DNA from: Silvanigrellaceae bacterium
Lineage (GTDB): Bacteria; Bdellovibrionota_B; Oligoflexia; Silvanigrellales; Silvanigrellaceae
Assembly: GCA_049423385.1 (NCBI GenBank)
Contig: JBMSQQ010000002.1
Location: 9,006-73,005 of the forward strand
Reading direction: 5' to 3'
DNA: 64,000 nucleotides
The notes under the pieces were generated by a model. That model did not search any database. It saw nothing but the letters and a program-made list of their open reading frames with translations, and was not told the DNA's origin. This document shows, piece by piece, positions 58,097 through 64,000 of this stretch (the first letter of the stretch is position 1; every line of letters begins with the position of its first letter). Position numbers and translations under genes: made by a program.

Positions 58097-59119
58097 TCAG
58101 TTTCGGGACTCGAGGAAAAACAGCTCCATTTCGCCTTTGCCTTTAACGTCTCTTTTTCCACGCGATATGAGGTTGAATTCATCGCGGTTGAGAAATTCAT
58201 GAGTGGCTATCGAGACGTTGATTTTCATAGGCTCAGAGAGAGTCTGCATCCGGCTTGCTGTGTTGATGGCGTCTCCAAAAACGTCGTAAATATACTTTTT
58301 GATTCCAACAACACCGCCAATGACAGAACCTGTGTGGATACCAACCCTGCAGTGCCATTGAATTGGATTCCGGGAATTTCTCGACTCGAGGTATCTGACA
58401 ATTTCTATTGAGAGTCTGGCGATATTTTCTGCGTGTAGAGGATTCGGAACGGGCAAACCACAAACAGCAAGGTATGAATCACCAATCGTTTTGATTCGCT
58501 CGCAATTGTGAACCGACGCAATGTCATCGAAGCGGGTGTAAATTTCGTTCAGCTCTGAAAACAACAATGAAGGATCCCGAATCACATCCATCTGAGTGAA
58601 ATTTACGAAATCAACAAACATTATTGTGACATCTTGAAACGTCTGCGGTGTCGTTGTGCCGTTTTCGCGCAATTCGTCCATGACCTTTTGCGGCAAAATG
58701 TTGAGCAGGAGCTCTTCATTTTTTTTGTTTATCGACTCGATTTCTTGCATTTGTTTTTGAATGAGATTGACATAATTTTCAAGAATGGTTTCCTGTTCCC
58801 TGACCCTTGAAATATCTGCGCATTCAACAATCAGGTGGTTCGGGAATTCTTCGCTTTGAATCTTTCTCACCGAAACCGACAAATACCGTGATCGAACCGA
58901 TTCCAGTTCCCTGATGGAACACTCCTGGTTGTATGTTTTGCCGCGGGCAACCCTGTTCAAAAGAGGGTCGGTATTCAAACTTGGAAACAAAGAAAAAATT
59001 GATTGTCCATGAACGTCACCCAGCCACTGAATTGCAGCATTGTTCATGTATTCCACTTTGTGAAGGCTATCATCAATCAACAGTATTGCGAAACCAATAT
59101 GTTCAATGATGGCTTTCAT
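58097..59119 (-). CDS. PAS-like domain + class III adenylate cyclase
   Basis: LLLNILP coiled coil, MFVDFVNFT, KTIGDSY, RVGIHTG, YDVFGDAINTASRMQ. Confidence 0.92.
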   Translation of the reverse strand: MKAIIEHIGFAILLIDDSLHKVEYMNNAAIQWLGDVHGQSIFSLFPSLNTDPLLNRVARGKTYNQECSIRELESVRSRYLSVSVRKIQSEEFPNHLIVECADISRVREQETILENYVNLIQKQMQEIESINKKNEELLLNILPQKVMDELRENGTTTPQTFQDVTIMFVDFVNFTQMDVIRDPSLLFSELNEIYTRFDDIASVHNCERIKTIGDSYLAVCGLPVPNPLHAENIARLSIEIVRYLESRNSRNPIQWHCRVGIHTGSVIGGVVGIKKYIYDVFGDAINTASRMQTLSEPMKINVSIATHEFLNRDEFNLISRGKRDVKGKGEMELFFLESRN

Positions 59120-59152
59120 TCAACCAAACCTCTGTGCCGGGGCAAGTTTATT

Positions 59153-59512
59153 TCACTTCGTCACAATTTGATCTGCATAACCAGCAACAATGCCAAGAAT
59201 AGCTGCAACATCGGAGTGGTCTACCCCTGCGTCAACAAGGTTTTCTCTGAGAATTGTCGCGACTTCGTCAAAGTCTGCTTGGGATATGCCCAGTTGTCGA
59301 TGAGCTTCTGCCATGTTTCGACCTGAGTAAACATTTTGCCCTCCCATGAGATGACAAAACAAGTTGGTCTGGTGTTCCATCAGTCGGGTCATGTCGACGC
59401 TTACAAAAAATCGTCGCAGATTGGGGCTTTCCAAAACATCCGAATAGAAATTTCCGACGATCTGCCGCACTGTGGCAATGCCTCCGTATTTTTGCAAAAG
59501 TGTCTCTGTCAT
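59153..59512 (-). CDS. Group I truncated haemoglobin (trHbN-like)
   Basis: LLQKYGG, FY at B9-B10, FF at CD1, HQ, LMGG..VYSGRNMAEAH with proximal His, ISQADFD. Confidence 0.92.
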   Translation of the reverse strand: MTETLLQKYGGIATVRQIVGNFYSDVLESPNLRRFFVSVDMTRLMEHQTNLFCHLMGGQNVYSGRNMAEAHRQLGISQADFDEVATILRENLVDAGVDHSDVAAILGIVAGYADQIVTK

Positions 59513-59846
59513 TTCAAACCTCGGTTGTTTCTTTATAAAATAAGCAATATTTCGGAATAATACAGTCTGGTTTGTTTTTTTTTTTTGAATTGGAGCGACT
59601 CTACCTTTTTGCAATCATTTTTTTTAAGGGTGATTTTCTGATCAGCGTGCAAGTGCAATAAATTAGGGCAGAGATGAACGCTCAAGTAGATTTCAGGCTC
59701 ATTATTCGTGAGGTTTGTCCAAGGCAATGTGCTTTTACGCGCAAGTGGTACAGTCGTGGGTTGCCGACAAAGAGCGAGGGGTGATCGTTTGAGATCAACT
59801 CAAATATGCTTCAATTGATTCCAGGCTGCAAGTCTGTCTTGAAATC

Positions 59847-61304
59847 TTAATTTGAATCGGAGGGAGAACCCGAATCTGATCTTTTTGAGAAAACATTCAA
59901 TTCGCTTGCGAATCCCATCAGCAAAGAATCACCGTATATGGAAGAGCAGGATTCCAGAGTGACTTTGTGATAGTCGGCTGTTGTCAAATGATATGCAGTG
60001 TATTCATTCGCCAGAGAAAATATTTTGATTCCGTTCCGCTCTGGAAATGATTCCTGCAGTTCGCCAGCAATTTGTTTGCTGGCGGCAGTCGTCCATTCGC
60101 CAGGCAGCATCAGTTGGACGGTTTCATTCAGATTCCAAATCGAGAAGGGAGCTTTTTTCGGTAGTTCTTGCAGCACAGGGAGTGACACCACGGGCTTGGC
60201 CCATTCGGCGGAACAGGCTTTCCAGTTCACCGATGGCTCAGGGAGCGCCAGGTAGCCACCCACAACTGAAGTGTTGAGGCTTACGGTTGTTGTTTTTCCT
60301 CCGGAGAGGAGAGATTCTCCGAACCGCTGCGCCCAGGCTTCCGGTTCGTCATCGCCCATGTTTGCATCCATGTTTCCAACCGATGTTTGCATCAGAAAAA
60401 CTTCTTGAGAACCTGTGAGATTTTGAAGTGTTGCTTCCAGTGGCGTGACGAGATCTGCCGAGAGGGTTAATTTCTCTGAGCCGTACCAGGTTGGATGAAC
60501 GGCCATTTGCAAAAGTGAAAGAGGAATGTTCGCGTTGGCGGTTTTGAAGGAAATCAGACTGACCTCTGTTGAAGCTTCCATTCCTGCGAAACGACTTCGG
60601 AGCCTGGGTGCAACATCTGCTTTGGTGGTCTCGATCGATGTTATCGGCTGAAGTTTTGCTTCTGCAGATTTGGTCACATCACCAAGAACAGTCAGGTACT
60701 TCATCATCAAGTTTTCGCTGTAGCGGTCGCAAACGAAGGCACTCCAAAGCGCACTTTCAGTGAGTCCGGCTGGTCCCGAGTGGGTGTGGGTTGCCTGCAC
60801 GATTGTGTTCGAAAGCGAGGACTTTTGTGGGGCATCAGGGTGAACAGCATCCAATGCAGCGTGAATTTTTTTGGTCATGTCGGCAGTCACTGCAACAGTG
60901 TCGAGAGACACAAGTTGAAAGCGGGAAATTGAACCGGTTGCATCCGCGACGTTGAACAACGCGACTTTGATGCGTGGTGGATTGACGATTTCGCGATATG
61001 GTTTGCAGAACGAAATATCGCCACCCGATGTGAACAGGGGCGGCAGGAAACGTCGACCCGGACCTCCGAAGCCGGCCAGTGCGACCGGATTGTCGGGAAC
61101 GAATGTTGTCTCCGCAGCGCCGACGGCAACGATTTTTCCGCTGATTTGATTTCCAGTGGCAAGTTCAATGTTCCTTGCCGTTGCAGCGTTTGTCAGCTCG
61201 GGCGGACGCATTTGCACACGACACGCCAAAATGGTCCATGTTGTCATTGTCACGACAATGGCCCGAAAAGTGTATTTCAAATTGAGGGTCGTCTGAAAAG
61301 TCAT
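59847..61304 (-). CDS. Neutral/alkaline ceramidase-like lipoprotein
   Basis: Lipobox ILAC; LAGFG, ATHTHSGP, AVHPT, LPGEWTT, LANEYTAY. Confidence 0.78.
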   Translation of the reverse strand: MTFQTTLNLKYTFRAIVVTMTTWTILACRVQMRPPELTNAATARNIELATGNQISGKIVAVGAAETTFVPDNPVALAGFGGPGRRFLPPLFTSGGDISFCKPYREIVNPPRIKVALFNVADATGSISRFQLVSLDTVAVTADMTKKIHAALDAVHPDAPQKSSLSNTIVQATHTHSGPAGLTESALWSAFVCDRYSENLMMKYLTVLGDVTKSAEAKLQPITSIETTKADVAPRLRSRFAGMEASTEVSLISFKTANANIPLSLLQMAVHPTWYGSEKLTLSADLVTPLEATLQNLTGSQEVFLMQTSVGNMDANMGDDEPEAWAQRFGESLLSGGKTTTVSLNTSVVGGYLALPEPSVNWKACSAEWAKPVVSLPVLQELPKKAPFSIWNLNETVQLMLPGEWTTAASKQIAGELQESFPERNGIKIFSLANEYTAYHLTTADYHKVTLESCSSIYGDSLLMGFASELNVFSKRSDSGSPSDSN

Positions 61305-62146
61305 GGTGAAATCTGTGAACCCTTGAACAACAAGTAGGAAACCTCGATTGTAGGATAAAAGAAGGTCAGTGCAATCTGGTCGACGGCAGCCGTCATGGCT
61401 CCGATTCCCACGACGCTTCGCCACCGTTCGCCGTCGATGTGTGCAACAAGTGTGATGCCATTGAGTTCAACATTGCGGGTGGAATTCAATGCGCCCACGG
61501 TTCTCCACGATTGCGGCAGTGTTTGCCAGAGTTGCACTCCCCAGGCAGCAAAAGCAGAGCCCGGATTCTGGCTTGCCTTGCTCAGTTCAAAAGTGACATT
61601 CGAATCCGCAAGGACGCTCCATTGCTGGAGTGAGGGATGCGTGAGCCTGTTTGTGGTGTTCATTGTTGGCAGTGTCGCAAATGCCTGAGCCGGAAGAAAT
61701 ACATACTGCAGCGTTCCCTGTGCCGACCAGCGGACGTTGGTGTCGTGTTTTTGGGATTCGTCTGTTCTCCCAGGAGGCACAGTTTGGCTGGGCAAAGGGG
61801 GAAAGCGTAGACCCACTCGCCCTGCGATCAGTGGGGACCAGGAACGGTAGCCGAACCCTGCAGCCCCCAACCGGAACCCCCAAAACGAGCTCCCCCGACA
61901 GTTCCAATCAGCTGAGAGAATTCCAAGGGCAGCGGTCGAAACGGGCAAGGATGCTTGGCATTTTTCAATCCAACCACGGTCGCCCCCGGAAGGTGGCGGG
62001 GTCTCCGAACCATGTGCCCAGACCGGGATGCAGCACGCGAGAAAAAGAATCTTTGCCCAAGAATGCTTGCAAGTCGGCTCAAGAGGGGTTATGCGGGTCG
62101 GCCTGGTGAACCTCCTTGCCCCTTCCGATTGAGAGTTGGGGCTCAC
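61301..62146 (-). CDS. Exported hypothetical protein, probable beta-barrel; start codon uncertain
   Basis: Hydrophobic ILFLACCIPVWA signal-like segment; Trp/Gly-rich amphipathic strands ending YPTIEVSYLL; ATGA overlap with the ceramidase-like gene. Confidence 0.5.
   Translation of the reverse strand: MSPNSQSEGARRFTRPTRITPLEPTCKHSWAKILFLACCIPVWAHGSETPPPSGGDRGWIEKCQASLPVSTAALGILSADWNCRGSSFWGFRLGAAGFGYRSWSPLIAGRVGLRFPPLPSQTVPPGRTDESQKHDTNVRWSAQGTLQYVFLPAQAFATLPTMNTTNRLTHPSLQQWSVLADSNVTFELSKASQNPGSAFAAWGVQLWQTLPQSWRTVGALNSTRNVELNGITLVAHIDGERWRSVVGIGAMTAAVDQIALTFFYPTIEVSYLLFKGSQISP
62067..62095 (+). promoter_or_regulatory. Candidate sigma70 promoter for rpsF (TTGCAA-N17-TATGCG)
   Basis: Exact 17-nt spacer, directly upstream of the structured leader. 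Confidence 0.5.
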
Positions 62147-62174
62147 GTGTGTACGCAGCGATCCAGAAGGAGTT
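62109..62174 (+). ncRNA. S6:S18-type ribosomal protein leader (cis-regulatory RNA)
   Basis: CTCCTT (62112-62117) pairs with the SD AAGGAG (62167-62172); inner stem GCCCC/GGGGC; unpaired CCA just 5' of the SD; directly upstream of rpsF. Confidence 0.75.
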
Positions 62175-62180
62175 TTTGAA

Positions 62181-62603
62181 ATGCGTGAATACGAAGCAAT
62201 GATTATCACGAAGCCTGACCTTCCAGAAGCCGAGCTCAGCAAGATGCTGACCCGTTGGGAAGGTATTATCGCCAACAATGGCGGTCAAATCATCCGCAAG
62301 GATACTTGGGGCGTCCGCAAATTGGCTTACCCCATCAACAAGGTGACCCGTGGCGCATACCACGTGTTCGATGTTGCAACAGCGCAGGAAAACGCTCGCG
62401 AACTTGAGCGTATTCTCAAGCTCGACGAAAACGTTCTGCGCAGCCTCATCATCAAGTTGGCCGACAAGGTCAACGTTGAAGCTCGTCGAATTGAACTTCA
62501 GAAGCAGGCAGAAGCAGCTGCAACACGCGCAGCTGAGCAGGCTCGTGAGCGCGCGGATGGCGATTCGATGTCGGCTCGCCGCGGTGGACGCGACGAAGAG
62601 TAA
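62181..62603 (+). CDS. rpsF: 30S ribosomal protein S6 with charged C-terminal tail
   Basis: MREYEAMII.KPDL, WGVRKLAYPINK, LKLDENVLRSLII. Confidence 0.97.
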   Translation: MREYEAMIITKPDLPEAELSKMLTRWEGIIANNGGQIIRKDTWGVRKLAYPINKVTRGAYHVFDVATAQENARELERILKLDENVLRSLIIKLADKVNVEARRIELQKQAEAAATRAAEQARERADGDSMSARRGGRDEE

Positions 62604-62646
62604 TTTTTTTCTCTTCCCGCAACTCCGACACTGAAAGATTGTGGAC

Positions 62647-63990
62647 ATGAATCAGATTCCCGATTGGAAAAACGTCCCATCTGGAAGCAGTCCTGAAAGA
62701 CCCGCGGCGCAGAAGCGTTCCGCGGGTCTTCTGTTCTCCGGGATCCTGATTGCGATCAGTTTGATTGCCTTTGTACTGCCTCTCGCCGCTTATCATGCAG
62801 CGCAGGTGGCCTCGGTTCTGCGTGTGCGCAGTGCCGTGTTCCTCGTGCTTGTTGTTTCTTTTGCTCTGTACGCTCTTGGAATGGCAGGACAGCTGCCGGT
62901 GTTTGCGATGGCAGGTGTCACGGGTGTGATTTGCACACCACTTTTGGGATTGGTCCTGACTTTTCGGTCACGGGACTCGTCCGTATGGTGGGCGTTGCTG
63001 GTATTGTCGTTGCCCGTGGTTTTTCTGCTGGCTGCGCTCCTGCAGGTGCCGCAGGGTTTCAATCTTGAGGCCTGGATCGTTGAGGAGTTTGCGCGCATTC
63101 CCGAGCGACCGGGGCTGGACAAACAGCAGTTGCTGACCCAGCTCAAATCCTCGCAGGCCTTGGAGCCGTTGCAAAAGATCATCAATCTGTCCGACTGGCA
63201 ACGCATCGCCTGGTTTCTTTTCACTGAAGGCGGTGCGCTTTCGATATCCATCTTGGCCTCCCTTTTTGGAACACTTGCGCTGATAGATTTTGCCTTTGCT
63301 CAGGCAGAACGCATCCGCGGAGTCATCAATTATGTGGTTCTGAAGACCTCGGAATTTCCACAGCAGATGGTTTCGATACTTGGGCAGACGCAGGAAAGCC
63401 TGTCGGGTATTGCCGCTGCGGTGAGCGGTCGCTCTCCGGGTGGCGAACGCCTCGCGCCGGTGCAATCACATCAAAAAAAGACAACACGTTCTTCCAAGCC
63501 TGGTTCGAACCCGGCCTTGGCCTATATTTCTTCGAAAATGCTGAGGGAACCACCGCCTCCGGGGACGACAGAAGTCATGGGCTACCAATTCATCTTTGGT
63601 CAGGTCCCGGGCTGGAACTTTCGCTCATTTGCGGTTCCTTTGTGGCTTTCTGTGCCCGCCTTGGCGCATTTGGTCTACATTGCAAACCTCTGGAAGGGTG
63701 ATGACGCCATAGATTCCTGGCTTCCGGCAGCCCCGACCGGTGCTGTTTTGGTGTGGGCAGCATTTGCGGCTTTATGCGTATTGACGGCCCTGGCCCTGCA
63801 GGGTGCATTGGTGATTCATTCACGCTTGCGGCCCATGGCCGGACTGTTTTTGATTTTCCTGATTTTGGTTCTGGTGAGCAGCCTGAAGGGGGGGATACTG
63901 ACCCTGCTGGCGCTTCTGGCCGGGTTGGGATTGCTCGATGGTGCTTATGATTTTAGGAAGCGTCTTGCCAAAACCCAAAATGCGGTGTAG
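62647..63990 (+). CDS. Polytopic membrane protein, DUF2232/YybS-like
   Basis: Many TM helices; LQGALVI and GLGLLDGAYDFRKR C terminus; located after rpsF. Confidence 0.65.
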   Translation: MNQIPDWKNVPSGSSPERPAAQKRSAGLLFSGILIAISLIAFVLPLAAYHAAQVASVLRVRSAVFLVLVVSFALYALGMAGQLPVFAMAGVTGVICTPLLGLVLTFRSRDSSVWWALLVLSLPVVFLLAALLQVPQGFNLEAWIVEEFARIPERPGLDKQQLLTQLKSSQALEPLQKIINLSDWQRIAWFLFTEGGALSISILASLFGTLALIDFAFAQAERIRGVINYVVLKTSEFPQQMVSILGQTQESLSGIAAAVSGRSPGGERLAPVQSHQKKTTRSSKPGSNPALAYISSKMLREPPPPGTTEVMGYQFIFGQVPGWNFRSFAVPLWLSVPALAHLVYIANLWKGDDAIDSWLPAAPTGAVLVWAAFAALCVLTALALQGALVIHSRLRPMAGLFLIFLILVLVSSLKGGILTLLALLAGLGLLDGAYDFRKRLAKTQNAV

Positions 63991-64000
63991 GCGGTTGTTT

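Noticed and set aside
59549..59574. Sigma28-like promoter for the globin gene (CAAA-N14-TCCGAAAT)
   Set aside because: Both elements and spacing deviate; too weak in an AT-rich background

Overview
Bacterial chromosomal window of roughly 50% GC. Gene content and protein style (many orphan lipoproteins, FHA proteins, a CTERM-like sorting signal, fused NuoCD, type III glutamine synthetase) suggest an Oligoflexia/Bdellovibrionota-like organism; this is inference. Core genes are rpsU-dnaG-rpoD, folB, rocD, rho-pheS-pheT, speD, type III glnA, lon, a panP-like decarboxylase, ubiG, tatD, a Sua5/YrdC protein, nuoCD-E-F-G-I and rpsF. They are interleaved with signalling genes (two adenylate cyclases, hybrid, degenerate and orphan histidine kinases, CheX, LysR, an ECF sigma/anti-sigma pair) and secreted hydrolases or lipoproteins. 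No rRNA, tRNA, CRISPR array, transposase or prophage was recognised. The best leads are: (1) a translationally coupled three-gene FHA operon ending in an FHA-TM-lytic transglycosylase, with every FHA phosphothreonine pocket degenerate; (2) a zinc metallopeptidase with an internal CTERM-like sorting signal followed by a second lipoprotein-like signal, a possible polyprotein; (3) several sigma28-like promoters in front of non-flagellar lipoproteins and a fossil kinase; (4) an ECF/anti-sigma-controlled metal transport locus lacking merA/merR; (5) a truncated haemoglobin-adenylate cyclase pair; (6) long disordered extensions on RpoD and Rho; (7) an S6:S18-type leader on an rpsF operon that lacks rpsR. 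All functional calls come from motif recognition by eye; no searches were run.
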